Part shown: positions 1 to 12,400 of the stretch, one piece after another
How positions within the stretch are numbered: position 1 is the first letter of the stretch
Layout: the number at the start of each line of letters is the position of its first letter
DNA from: Scenedesmus sp. PABB004
Lineage: Eukaryota
Direction of reading: 5' to 3'
Assembly: GCA_014905635.1 (NCBI GenBank)
Contig: JABVCE010000017.1
Coordinates: forward strand, 496,001 to 560,000
Length of the DNA stretch: 64,000 nucleotides
The notes under the pieces: generated by a model
What the model saw: only the letters and a program-made list of their open reading frames with translations
What the model was told of the DNA's origin: nothing
Database searches by the model: none
Position numbers and translations under genes: made by a program

Positions 1-1960
1 GGGCGGAGCGGGCGCTGCTGGCGGACCCCGCGGTGCAGCAGCTGCTGGCCAACCTCGCCCTGCACGCGGCGCACCTGCGCAAGGCGCAGCGCAGCCGGCC
101 GGCTGGCGTTGGCAGCGGCAGCGGCGCCGGCCCTGGCGCGTCCGCCGTGCCGGCGGCGCACGTCGCGCTGCTGCGCGCGCTGGCGCTGGACGCCGCCGCG
201 GTGCCTCAGGGTGGGGACGATGAGCAGCTGGTGGAGGTGAGCATCCACGCGGTTACGACGCTGTTTCAGGTGTCGCCACCGACCAGCTGCGGAGCCGGCA
301 TCGCCGGCGGCAGCGGCTCCGGCGGCGGCAGCAGCGTGCCGCAGGCGGGCGGCGCGGAGCTGGCGGCCGCGGCGGCCGAGGTGGCGCTGGAGCTGGTGGC
401 ACTGCAGCCGACGCCCCGAGCGCTGGCTGCCGGCGCGGTGTGCACCAGCGACGTCCTGCTCTGCCTCCGGCTTGCCCCGTTTGCTGGGGCGCGGGACCAG
501 GCGGCTGCGGCAGCGGCGGTCGTGCGCGCATTCCTGCCGCTCGCCCGGCCCACCGCCGCCGTGCTGCTGGGGGCAGACGCTGGCAGCAGCACGGGCCGCG
601 GCCAGGCGGCGGCGGGGCGGGGTGGGGTGCACGTGCACCCGGTCGACGCAGCCACTGCTCAGCTCACCCTGCAGCGCAGTGGCGTGCTCCTGTTGAGCAA
701 CGGACCGGCGGGTGCGAGGCATGCTGGCGGCGGCTGGCCTTGGCAGCTGGCGCTGCACGCTGGCCCAGCCTGCGCTTGCTCACGCTGCCCCCGCCGCTGC
801 AAACGCTCCTGCCACCGCCGCGCAGCCGACACGGCGCTGGCGGCGTTCGCACGGCAGGACCCCTCCACCCTGTGCCGGCTGCTGGAGGCGTCCGCCAGGA
901 GCTTGGCGGGCAGGGAGATGGCGCAGGTCGCTCTGGACACAGCACACGCACTGCGCGGCTCCATTGGGCGGCTCGGGCCCAGCCTAGCAGCTGCACCGGC
1001 GCTGACGGCGACCGGCGGCGGCGCGGGCCTGCTGCTGCAGCGCGAGGTGTTTGCCTGCCTGCTCACGGCCCTCAAGTGCGTGGCGGTCGGCGTGGGGCCG
1101 GCGGCAGCCGCCGCCCCTGACCGCGATGACCAGCTGCGGGGCCTGGCGAGCGGGTGCCTGGCAGCGGTGCGTGCCGGCTGCGCCGTCGGCGACGCGTGGC
1201 GCGCGCGCAGCCGGAAGCTGTGGCAGCTGCTGGCGGCCAGCTCGCGTACGAGCCGCCCGCGCTGTGGGCGGTGCTGGCGGCGCGCAGCTTGACGGTGCTG
1301 GGGCAGGTGCTCAGCGTGGCGCTGGCGGCGCCACAGCTGGCAGCCGGCGCGAACATCGCCGCCAGTGCCGGCACGCCAGGCGAGCTGACGCCGATGGTGA
1401 CTGTGGTCTCCGTGCTGGCAGCCCTGGGCAACGCGGCGGCGCTGCTGGGCGAGCGCCTGCGAGCGCTGGGGCCGCTGCCGGCAGACCCCTCGCGCACGAG
1501 TCTGGAGCGTCTGCTGGCGCAGCAGGAGCTGCTGTGCACGGCGGCGGAGGAGCTGACTGCGCAGCTGGGCGACGACGCCCAGGCCGACGCAACCGCCTGC
1601 GTCAGCACGCTGCAGGAGCGCGGCCCCGCGCTGGCCGCGCAGGCGGAGGAGCTGTGCGCCGCGGTGTGCGCCGCGCTGCCGTTGCGCGCGTGCTGCAACA
1701 ACCCGCGCTGCGTCGCGCTGGCAGGCGCGCACAGCGAGCTGGCGGCGGTGCGCGGCCCGGCGTGCGCGTGCGCGGGCTGCGTCAAGTCGGCCGCGCCCGC
1801 GTTCTTCTGCAGCCGCGCCTGCCAGGCGGCCGCGTGGCGCGCGCACAAGCCGGTGTGCCGCGCGCTGGCCGCGGGCGTGGCGGCGGCGGCGGCGGCGGCG
1901 GCGCGCGAGGCGGAGTGGAGTGAGGCGGGAGGGGAGGGGCGGGGCAGCGAGGAGGGGTGA
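1..1960 (+). CDS. MYND zinc-finger family paralogue A (5'-truncated by the window edge; apparent -1 frameshift near 1195)
   Basis: Colinear with paralogues B, C and D ([49 protein letters not shown]). Ends in ACCNNPRC...[30 protein letters not shown]. The shared intron is GT712..AG825. GACGCGTGGCG lacks one base relative to GACGCTGTGGCG/GACGCCGTGGCG in B and C, which shifts from ORF 33..1292 to ORF 1154..1960. Confidence 0.8.
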
Positions 1961-2527
1961 GCTCAGTGAGGTGCCTTGGCAGGGCGGGGCGGCCGCAGCT
2001 CCCGTGCGCGTCAATGGCTGCCTGTGGCGGCGACGACGGCTGTGTGCTTGTTTGAGTTGCAGAGTTGTGAGCGCCGCGCGCACGGGCCAGGCGCCCCCGC
2101 CGCCCGCGCTCGGCGGTCGCTGCCGCGCGCGCTGTGCGGCACGCGCCGACCGCCCGGGCCCGCCTGTTGGGCCGCTGCGCGCCCCGGCGCCGCCTCCAGC
2201 CAGCCGCTCCAGTGCCAGCCCGGACCAGCCACGCCGCCGCACCAGCCAGGCCGGCAGGCCGCGAGCGCAAGGGCCGCGCCGGCCGCCTGAACCGCGCCGG
2301 CCGCCCAGCTGCCCGCCGCGCCGCCGCCGCCACGCCTTCACACCCCGGCCGGCTGCCGCCCCGACGACCCCGCGGCGCGCCCGCCCTGCCCGCCAGCGCG
2401 CGGCCCTGCGGCGAAGCCGAGCGGCGGTCGCGCGCGAGCGACGACAGCAGCGCCCGCGCCGCGCCGCCGCGGCCCCGCCAGCCCTCGCCAGCCCTCGCCA
2501 GCGCCGCCGGCCTGCGGCCCAGGCAAC

Positions 2528-5341
2528 ATGCGGCCCGAGACCGCGGCGCTGGCGGGCTGGCTGGGCCGCTGCGCGCGCGCGAGCAGCGTCGACGCGCTCG
2601 CGGCGGAGGTCGACGCCGCAGAGTCGCTGCACGCCTATTTCGCCGGCCTGGTCCAGCCCGCCAGGGCCAGGGGCTCGCCCTGCGCCGACCTGGGCGCGCT
2701 GCTGGCCGCCGGCGTGCAGGCGCGGCTCGCGCAGGCCGTGGCGTGCGCGCTGGTGCTGCTGGCGGCGCCGGCGACGCGGGCGGCGGCGGCGGGCAGCGCG
2801 GACTTTGGCCGCACGGTTCAAACTCTGTGCAACATGCTGGATGGAAGCTTTCGCACCCGCAAGGGCCTGGGCGCGCCCGAGGCGGAGCTCGTGGCCGAGC
2901 TGGAGCGCGCGGGTGAGCGGCTGCGGGCGGACGGCGGTCCGCACCACCCGCTGCCTCGCGCGTCTCTGACAAGGCCGCCGCTGCGCACCCGCAGGCATGC
3001 TGCCGCCGCTGGCAGCGGCGTGTGCCGGCGTCGCCTCGGCGCTGGAGGCCTCGCAGCAGCGCCAGCGGCAGGGCAGCGGCGCGCACCTTCTGATAGAGTG
3101 CCTCACAGCAGCAGCGCTGCTCCTGGCGGCACGTGCTGTGAGCTACGCGTCGCCGCCGAAGGGCCAGCTGGAGGGCCCGCTGCTGCCGCTGGCGCAGCCG
3201 GTCGCCCGGCTGGCGCTCGCCGTGCTGCGCCGCGCCGGTGCCTGGCGTGCGGCGGCTGCCGGCAGCAGCCCTGCAGGCGCAAGCCTGGTGCAGAGCGCGC
3301 TGTCCGCGGCCCGCTCCATGCAGACTGCGCTGGTTTCGGCTCACGCGACAGCCTGGTGGACGGCTCAGAGCCTGTTGGCAGCCCGGCAGCATGGCTGCGT
3401 GAGCGATGAGGCGGAGCGTGCGCTGCTGTCTGACCCCGCGGTGCAGCAGCTGCTGCTGGCCGTCCTCGCCCTGCACGCGGCGCACCTGCACGAGGTGCAG
3501 AACGGCCGGCCGGCTGGCGTCGGCGGCGGCAGTGAAGGCGGTGGCGCGCGCGCCGTGCCGGCGGCGCACGCCGCGCTGCTGCGCGCGCTGGGGCTGGATG
3601 CCTCCGCGGTGCCCCAGTGCGAGAGTGGTGCGGATCAGGGCGAGATGCGTGTGGACCTGGTGGAGTCGAGCATCTACGCGGTTCAGCTGCTGTTCGACGT
3701 CTCGCCGCCGACCAGCTGCGGCGCCGGCGGCAGCAGCGTGCCGCAGGCGGGTGGCGCGGGGCTGGCGGCCGCGGCGGCGGAGACGGCGTTGGAGCTGGTG
3801 GCACTGCAGCCGACGCCCCGCCTGCTGGCCGCTGGTGCGACATGCGCCGGTGCTGTCCTGCTCTGCCTCCTGCCTGCCACTGGTGGGGCGCGGGGCGCCC
3901 ACCAGGATGCTGCGGCGGCGGCAGTGGTGCGCGCGTTCCTGCCGCTCGCCCGGCCCGCCGCCGCCGCGCTGCTGGAGGCAGACGCTGGCAGCAGCAGGGG
4001 CAGCGGGCCTGCAGCGGCGGGGCAGGGCGAGGCGCGGGCGCGTGCGCAGCCGGTTGACGCCCAAAATGCTCGGATCGCCCTGGTGCGCTGTGGCGCGCTT
4101 TTGCTGGCGAGCAACGGACCCGAAGGTGCGCGGCGCGCTGGCGGCAGATCACTACGACAGCTGATGCAGCGCACTGCCCCAACCTGTCTGCGCTTGCTCA
4201 CGCTGCTGCCGCCGCCGCCGCCTCCGCCACCGCCGCAGCCGACGCGGCGCTGGCGGCGTTTGCGCGGCAGGACCCCTCCACCCTGTGCCGGCTGCTGGAG
4301 GCGTCCGCCAGGAGCTGGGCGGGCAGAGAGGTGCCGCAAGTTGCCCTGATTACAGCCCACGCACTGTGCGGCGCCATCAGCCGGCTCCGCCGCAGCCTGG
4401 CAGCCGCGCCGGCGCTGACGGCGACCGGCGGCGGCCCAGGCCTGCTGCTGCAGCGCGAGGTGTCTGCCTGCCTGCTCACGGCACTCAAGTGCGTGGCGGT
4501 CGGTGTGGGGCCGGCGGCAGCCGCGCCCGACAGGGATGGGCGGCTGCGGGACCTGGCGGGGGGGGGGGGGTGCCTGGAGGTGGTGCTCACCGGCTGCGCC
4601 ATCGGCGACGCTGTGGCGCGCGCGCAGCCGGCAGCTGTGGCGGCCGCCGTCGGCCAGCTCACGTACGAGCCGCCCGCGCTGTGGGCGGTGCTGGCGGCGC
4701 GCGGCCTGGCGGTGCTGGCGCAGGTGCTCAGCGCGGCGCTGGCGGCGCAGCCGGCGGTCGGTGCGGGCGCGCCAGCTGCTGGTGGCGGGCCTAGCGAGCT
4801 GGTGCCGCTGGCGACGGCGGCCATCATGCTGGAGGGCCTGAAGGGCACGGCGTCGCTGCTGGGCCCGCGCCTGTGCGCGCTGGGGCCGCTGCCGGCGGAC
4901 GCCTCGCGCGCGGACCTGGAGCGCCTGCTGGCCCAGCAGGCGCAGCTCCATATGGTGTCGTCGCAGCTGCTCGTGCAGCTCGCCATCGGCAGGGTCGTGG
5001 ACCCCGCGGCCTCGCTTGCCGCGGCCCAGGAGCGCGCCCCCGCGCTGGCCGCGCAGGCGGTGGAGCTGTGCGCCGCGGTGTGCGCCGCGCTGCCGCTGCG
5101 CGCGTGCTGCAACAACCCGCGCTGCGTCGCGCTGGCCGGCGCGCACAGCGAGCTGGCGGCGGTTGGCGGCCGGGCGTGCGTGTGCGGGGGCTGCGTCAAG
5201 TCGGCCGCGCCCGCGTTCTTCTGCAGCCGCGCCTGCCAGGCGGCCGCGTGGCGCGCGCACAAGCCGGTGTGCCGCGCGCTGGCCGCGGGCGTGGCGGCGG
5301 CGGCGGCGGCGGGTGCGGCGGCGGCGCGCGAGGCGGAGTGA
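2528..5341 (+). CDS. MYND zinc-finger family paralogue B, intact (exons 2528-2912, 2995-4125, 4239-5341; about 872 aa)
   Basis: The [10 protein letters not shown] start is shared with C and D. Two GT-AG introns join ORFs 2528.., 2997.. and 4331.. in frame. C-terminal CNNPRC plus CxxC...[18 protein letters not shown] form the MYND finger. The true start could be further upstream. Confidence 0.85.
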
Positions 5342-5899
5342 GGCGGTGTGAGGCAGGGGGCGAGGAGTTGCGCGCTTCGCGTTCGCCGGCAGGGCCATGG
5401 GGGCCGCTGTGCGGCCCCACGCATGGCCTGCTGGCTGCGGCCTTGACGGCTGCGCGCCTGTGAGTTGCAGAGTTGTGCGTGCCGCGCGCACGGCCGCCGG
5501 GCACGCCCGCCGCCCGCGCCCCCCGCCGCCGCGCAGCACAGCGCAGCGTGCGCTGTGCTGGGCGGCAACGGCGGCGGCGCGAGCGCATCGCCGACGCGGC
5601 CCTCCCCTCGGTCCGCCAGCGAGCGGTGTGGGGATGTTGAGCAGCAATTCACCAGCACAGCCCCCCGCTGCGCGCCGGGCGCGCCTGACCAGCGCGCGCC
5701 GCCGCACCCTCAACCGCCGCGGTCTCCCTGCAGCCGATCGCGCGGCCCGCCTGCGGCCAGACCCGCCTGGCGAGGCGCCTCCCGTGGCGGCTTGGAGAAG
5801 CTCGAACGAAGACGCCACGCCCAGCAGCAGCGGCGCGCCGCCCGCGCGCCGTGCCGCCGCTGCCCCGCCCGGGCTCGCCCGTCCGCGCCGGCCCGCACC

Positions 5900-8421
5900 A
5901 TGCCTTACAAGCTCCCGCGTCCCAAACAGTGCGTGGGCCCATGCGGGCGCCCCGCGCGCGCGTGCGAAGCCTCGCACGGCGCCAGCTGCGCCTCCCCGCT
6001 GCCGCGCGGCGAGCGGGCGATGCCATGCTGTCGCTCTGGCCGGCGCCTTCCTAGGAGCCGGGCCGCGCGGGCTGAGGGCCGGCCGCCTCGCCACCGCTGC
6101 TGGCGCCCCGCCGCCGCCGCTGCCCGCAGCGCCAAGGAGGTCGCGCGGCTCAGCCAGACCATCCGCGCCAAGCGCGCGCTGATCACCGACCTCCTGGTGC
6201 GCGGGCGCGCGGCGCGGGCGCGCGGCGCGGGCGCGCGGCGCGGCGCGCGGCGGTCGCCGCGGCTGGGGCGCCCAACCGCTGCTGCGCCGGCCCCGCGCAG
6301 ACCGCCAACTCGCACCTCTCCTACAAGCACGCCCTGCTCGCGGCGACATGTGACTTCCTGGGCGCGTTTGGCGCGCTCAGCGCGCCGCCGGGCGTGCCAT
6401 GCCGCTGCGGCGCGGGCAGCGGCGGCGGCGGCGCACCCGCGCCCGCGCTCGGCGCGCCGCGGCAGCAGCAGGCGGAGACGGAAGCGGAGCTGCTGCAGCA
6501 GCTGGGCGGGCTTGCGGCCGTCGCGGCGAGCGTCGAGGCCGCGGGCGCGTGCGGCGGCGCGTGCGGCGGCGGCGGCTGGAGCGGCGCTGGCGGCGGCGCC
6601 GGCAGCGCGGCGCCCGACCTCGACTGCCTGCTGCGGCTGGCAGATGGGGAGACGCTGGGGACGCCGGAGGGTGCGCTGCCGCGACCGGCGCCGCCGCGCC
6701 CGCGCCGCCGCGCCCGCGCCGCCGCGCCCGACGCTTCCGCGCCCGGCGCCGCCGACCCCCACGCCGCCGCACCGACGACGCCGCCGCCGCCGGCCGGCGC
6801 CGCAGACCCGCTGCGCACGCTGCGCATCGCGCTCGCGCGCCAGGCTGCGGCCCCCTTCCCCGGCGCCGAGAGCGTGACGCTGCCGGAGCTGCACGCCGAC
6901 TACGCGGTGCGCCGCCCGTGGCGCTGCCGCCGCCGCTTCGCCGCCCTCCCGCGCCCGCCTCGGCCCTCTCGCGCGCGCGCCGCCGCCGCCGCCGCCGCCG
7001 ACAGCAGCCCCGCGCCGCCGCCGCGCCTCCCTCCCTCCCCCCTTCCGCGCGCGCGCGCCGCCAGGCGACGGTGCGCGCGCTCGCGGCGCACGTGGCGTTC
7101 CTTGACAACCCGCTCGCGCGCGCGGCGGCGGGGCCAGAGTCAAACCCCTACGAGGCGGCCAAGGCGCTGCTCTCGCGCCACGGCGCGCTGCTGACCGGAC
7201 TGCTCGCGGCGGGGCGGCCGCACATGGTCCTCGCGCTGACCATGAGCGACGTCGCGACCGGCGCGGCGCTGGCAGAGTACGATGCGGTGCGGCACGCGCA
7301 GCAAGGGGTCGCACGGGGCGCGGCGGCGCGCGCAGCAAGCGGTCGCACGGGGCGCGGCGGCACGCGCAGCAAGGGGTCGCACGGGGCGCGGCGGCGCGCG
7401 CAGCAAGGGGTCGCACGCGGTGCGGCGGCGCGCGCAGCAAGGGGTCGCACGCGGTGCGGCGGCGTGGGGAAGACCACTCGCGACGGCGGCGGGGCGTGTT
7501 GGTTTTGTTGTCGCTTTTCATTGTTGCGCCTCTCGCCTCGCCGCGGTGCGGGCGGCGGTTGTGACCCGTGCCGCTCACCTCCTGCCGCGTCCCGCCCCGC
7601 GCCGCCGCCGCCTGAACCGCCTGAACCGCAGGCGGTCTACGACTATGCGGTCGCGCGGCTGGGGCTGTCGGCGGGGCAGCGGCAGCGCATCGCCGCGTCG
7701 ATCGCCGTGTTTGACGCGCTGCTCGCGGTGCGGCGCGGCGTGGCGCGGGGGCGGGCCGGGCGAGCGAAGCGCGGCGGGCGCAGGAGGGCGGCGCGCGCCC
7801 GCGCCCAGCGGCGCCCGGCAGCGCCCGACGCGCGCCCCGCCCGCCCGCCTGTGCTGCGCGGCGCAGGGCGTGATGGAGGAGCGGCAGGCGCTGCAGGCCG
7901 AGCTCGGGGCGACGGCCCGCCGGCCGGCCCGCCGGCCGGCGGCGGCGCCGCCAGCGGCGGCGGCAGCACCAACTCCGGCGCCGCGAGCGGCGGCAGCAGC
8001 AGCGGCGACGACTCGACGGCCGCCGCGGCGGCGGCCGGCGCGGCCGCGGCCGCGGCCGCCCGCCGCCGGCGCCGCGGCGCCGCCGGGCGCGGCGGGCGCG
8101 TGCTGGCGCGCGCTGCACGCGCGCCAGCACAGCGCGCGCGCGGCGGCGGCGGCGCGCGGCGCCGCGCTCGCGGGCGTCGGGCGCCTGCTGGCCAAGGAAG
8201 GCCTGCTCAAGGCCTGCGCCTGGGCGAGCGTGGAGGGCTGCCTCACGTGGACGCAGCTCGCCAAGCTCACGGTGGGGACGTACCCGTACCCTGCATCCAT
8301 GGTTGCGCTGGGGCAGGCAGTCGTGCGGGCCGAGGCGGCGGCCGAGGCGGGCGAGGCGGGCGAGGCGGGCGGCGGCGCCGCCGGCGGCCCGCCGTCGCCG
8401 TCGCCGTCGCCGTCAGAGTGA
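5900..8421 (+). CDS. Hypothetical protein with a short coiled-coil/zipper-like N-terminus and an algal bZIP-associated (DOG1/TGA-like) C-terminal region; about 6 exons
   Basis: Spliced peptides: MPYKLPRPKH-AKEVARLSQTIRAKRALITDLL-TANSHLSYKHALL...; ATVRALAAHVAFLDNP...; AVYDYAVARLGLSAGQRQRIAASIAVFDALLA; GVMEERQALQAEL...LTWTQLAKLTVGTYPYP. The last motif resembles the LTxxQxAxxxVxSYPY ending of green-algal bZIP-like proteins (recalled, not searched). Probable indel errors near 7905-8110. Confidence 0.6.
7287..7464. repeat. Intronic minisatellite, about 5 imperfect copies of a 29-34 bp unit (CGCAGCAAGGGGTCGCACGGGGCGCGGCGGCGCG)
   Basis: Directly visible head-to-tail copies just after the GT donor that follows ...AEYDA. 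Confidence 0.9.
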
Positions 8422-9468
8422 GCAGCACAGCGCCGCTCCGCGCCGCGCGCGCGCGCATTGGGGGGATGGGCACACCGGGGCGGGAGGAAGGGCGCGGTGA
8501 GGGGTCGTGGCGCGCCAGTGTGCCGTCGGTGTGCGCTTTGTGTCGTAGGGAGGCGCCGCCGCCCGCATCGTCCATGGCTGCCGGTCCACAACAACCACCA
8601 CCACTGTGCGGCCGCGGCCACGAATGAAAGCCGGGCGCGGAGCTGTCGGCGGCGCGGCGCGCCGCCGCGCCCCAGGGGGAAAATTGCACACAGAATGTGC
8701 GGCGCTGCGGCGCTGCGGTGTGGCTGTTCGGGAGCCGCGCCGACGCCGGCATGGGGGATCTGCGGGGGCGGCTATGCACGTTGAGCGCGCGTGCACGCGC
8801 CGCCTCGCACTCCGCGTCTGTTCTCCCAACCCTCTCTCTGTCGCACACGGGAATAGAAAACCACACATCTTGCTGCGCGCTGACCGCGCTGACCGCGCTG
8901 CGCGCTGACCGCGCCGCCGGCGCATGCCGCGCGTGGAATGCCTGGTCGCGTGCCTCGCTGCACTGCCCGCCTGGCCGCACTGCCCCCCTGGCCGCGGGCT
9001 CCCTTTCTCGCGCGGCGGTCGTGCCGGGCAATCCTGGCGTGCGCCGGAGCCGGCGTGTGCGTGTGTGATCGCTTGGTGGCGCATGCATGCAAATCAGAGG
9101 AGGAGCAGAGCCGTTGCGAGCAGTGGACAGTGCTCCGTCGTGAGCGTGTTGTTCGTTCGTCGGTCGTCGTCGTGAACCTGCTAACCCACCGCCCCGCTCG
9201 GCTCCGATCGCACGCCCACCCAGAGGCCAGGCCTCGCGGCCGCGCGCCCCACCACCGCAGCGCGCCCCCCGCCGCCCGCTCGCCAGCAGCAGCGTGCGCG
9301 CCTGCCGCCCGCCGCCGCCGCCCCTTCCCTGCGCGCGGCTGCGCCCCGTCACCCGACAGACATCGCCCTCGGCGAGCCACCCTCGCGCCCGACGGCGCCT
9401 GCACGCCGCGAGCGGGCAGGGCGCGAACCATCGCGCAGCAGACGCAGCTCGCCCGCCCCGTGGGCGCA

Positions 9469-12400
9469 ATGGCCGACGCGGGCGGCGGCCCCGCGGCGGT
9501 GCCGGTGGAGCAGGTGCTGTCGACCATCCGGTCGGCCATGTCGCACGTCACGGAGCAGCGCGCGCCCGCGGAGGCGGCCATCCGCGCGTGGGAGCAGGAC
9601 GCGGCGCCCGGCTTCCTGCACTCCCTCATGCTCATCGTGCAGCAGCAGGCCGCCATAGACGAGGCGAGCCACAGCGCGCCGGCGCGGCCCCGGCGGCGGC
9701 CAGATCGCAGCGCTCGCGCCCGCCGCTGCCGCCGCTGCCGCGCGCGCGCCGCAACCGCCGCGGGCGCCGCCGCCGCAGCCCACGCGCCTGCTGGCGGTGG
9801 TCATCGCCAAGAACGCGGTCGGCAGCAGCTGGCGCAAGACGCTCGGCACGCGGTGCGCCGCCCGCGGCGGCGCCGCCGCGGGGGCCGCAGGCGGGGCCGC
9901 GCCGCCGCGCCGCCGCGCGCGCCGCTGACGCCCGCCGCGGCCGCCGCTGCCGCCGCAGCGAGTGGAGCCGGGTGCCGCAGGAGGAGAAGGCTGCCGTGCG
10001 CAACGCCACGCTGCAGCTGCTGCTGTCGGACCCGAGCGACAGGCGCGGCGCGGCGCGGCGCAGCCCCGCGCCCCTCCGCCCTCCCTGCGCCGCGCGCGGG
10101 CCGCCGGGTGCCGCCGCCGCGCGCCGCGCGCGACCGCGCCACGCCGCGCCGCCGGCCCGCAGGGTCGCGCTGCAGCTGGGGCTGCTGGCCACTAACATCT
10201 GTGCATTCGACTTTCCTTCCCGGTGCGGCGGTGTGCTGGCTGTCGCCGCTGGCCGCAGCCGCCGGCCGCAGCCGCCGGCCGCAGCCGCCGGCCACAGCCG
10301 CCGGCCGCAGCCGCCGGCCGCAGCCGCCGGCCGCAGCCGCCGCCGCTGCGAGCGCCGGCCCCGTGCGCGCGCCGGCGCCCCCCCCCCCCCCCCAACGCCC
10401 GCCCGCCCGCGCGCCGCCGCGGCCGGCCCGGCCGCCGCGCCGCGCAGGTGGCCCGACGCGCTCGCGCACCTCCTCGCCGCGGCCGACTGGGGCAGCCCCG
10501 TGCAGCCGCCGGCGAAGCTGCGCGCGCTGCGGAGCCTGAAGCACATATTCAAGGGCCTGCTCACCAAGCGCTTCGTCGCAGAGCCGCCGCCCGTGCCGCC
10601 CGGCGGCGTCGCGCCGAGTGAGCGCCGCCCCGCGCCGCCGCGCGCCGCGCCCCGCCCCGCGCCGCGAGCACGCGCCCCGCAACCCCGCCGCGTCCCGCTC
10701 AAAGCCCCGCCAAACCCTAAACCCTAAACCCTTGCACCTGGTCCCTCCTAAACCCCACAGGCATGCTGGACATGCGCGCGATCCTCAACGCTGAGCGGGC
10801 GCAGTACCGGGCGCTGCTGCAGGCCTGCGCGGCGCCGCTGCAGGCGCGGCGCGGCACGCGGGCGCGCGGGGCGGGGGCAGGGGCGGAACGGGCAGGGGGA
10901 GGAGGCGGAGAGGGCGCGGCGCCGGGCGCGGCGCGGCGCGCGCGGCGCGTGCGAGCACGCGCGCCCTGGCCGAGCGCGCGCCGCCACGGCCGCGCGCGGC
11001 GGCGCCCCCGCAGGCGCTCGTCGCGGCGCACCTCCCGGCGTTCCTCACCCCGGGCGCCGCCGCGCCCGGCGGCGCCGACGGCGCCGGCGCCGGCTGGCAG
11101 GTGCGCGCAAGCCACCCGCGGCGCCTCGCCGCCCAGCGCGCCCGAGTCGACAGCAATGCCAAAGCTAACAATCCTACGCCAAGCTCACATTCACACCTAA
11201 ACCCTCAACCCTCAACCCTAAACCCTGCGCCCACACCCAGGTGCACGGCCTGTTTGCCAAGGCCGCCATCAACGGCGTGACGGAGCTGCTGCCGCTCATC
11301 GCTGACCCCGCGGGCCTGCCCGACGGCTCGCGGGCGCTGCTGGAGCTGCTGCACGGCGCGGCGACGCAGCTCATGGCCGGCGTGCCCGCGGGTGAGCGCG
11401 CGACACGGCCGCTTTGGTTCCTACTTTTGCAGCGGCGGCGCGCCGCCGAGCCGTGCCGAGCCGCCCCGCGCCGCGCCCGCGCCGCCCGCGCCCGCGCGAC
11501 CTGCGCCGCACCCGCCGCCGCAGGCGCGCCGCTGCCGCCGGCCGAGCTGGCGGCGTGGCGCGAGCTCGCGGGGCGCCTGCACGAGCGCGTGTGCAAGTGC
11601 ATCATCTCCCACCTCGACAGCCACCCGCTGCCGTTTGCGGGTGAGACCAGCACCCCGCGGCGCGGCCAGCGCGCGCCGGAGGGGAGGGGGCCGGGGGGGG
11701 GGGGGCCGTCCCGGGCGCCGCCGCTGCCGCTGCGGCCGCCGCTGCCGTCCGCCGCGCCGCGCCCAGCAGCGCCGCGCGCGCCGGTCAGGGTCAAAACCCA
11801 CAGATGACAAACTAACACAAAAATAACATCTGACACCCTCCCCGCCCAGAGTACGTGCCCTACTTCCTCTCGCTCTTCGTCGAGGCCGCGCTGCTCGCGC
11901 TCGACGCGGCCACGCTGCGCGGCATGCGGCCCAAGCGCCGCGTGCTGCTCGTGCGCTTCCTCGCAAAGGCCCTGCTCTGCCCCTACTACCGGTGCGGCCG
12001 CGTGTTGTTGTTTATTATTGTTATTTGTTGTTATTTGTCATTTTATGTTGTTTTGCTTCGTGCCCGGCAGCAGCAGCGCCGCCGGCACGCAGGGAGCCGC
12101 GCCGCTAACGCGCCCCCCGCCCCGACGCTCCCGCCGCCGCCCCGACGCTCCCGCCGCGCCCGCGCCCGCCGCGCCCGCCGCGCCGCCGCGCCGCCGCGCA
12201 GGCCGGAGTACGTCGACGCGGCGCAGGCCGACGGCGCGGCGCTCGCGGCGCTGGGCGCCGCCGGCGGCGGCGGCGAGCTGCTCGCGCGGCTGCAGGCGCA
12301 GCAGGCGGCCGCGGTCGCGCGCGACGAGGGCGGGCGCGCGCGCGGGCGCGTCGCGGCGGAGGCGCTGCAGCAGCTGCTCAGCAAGCAGCGGGTGCGTGCG

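Noticed and set aside
7287..7464. ~34-bp repeats that superficially resemble a CRISPR array
   Set aside because: Head-to-tail units without unique spacers, inside a spliceosomal intron, with no cas genes.
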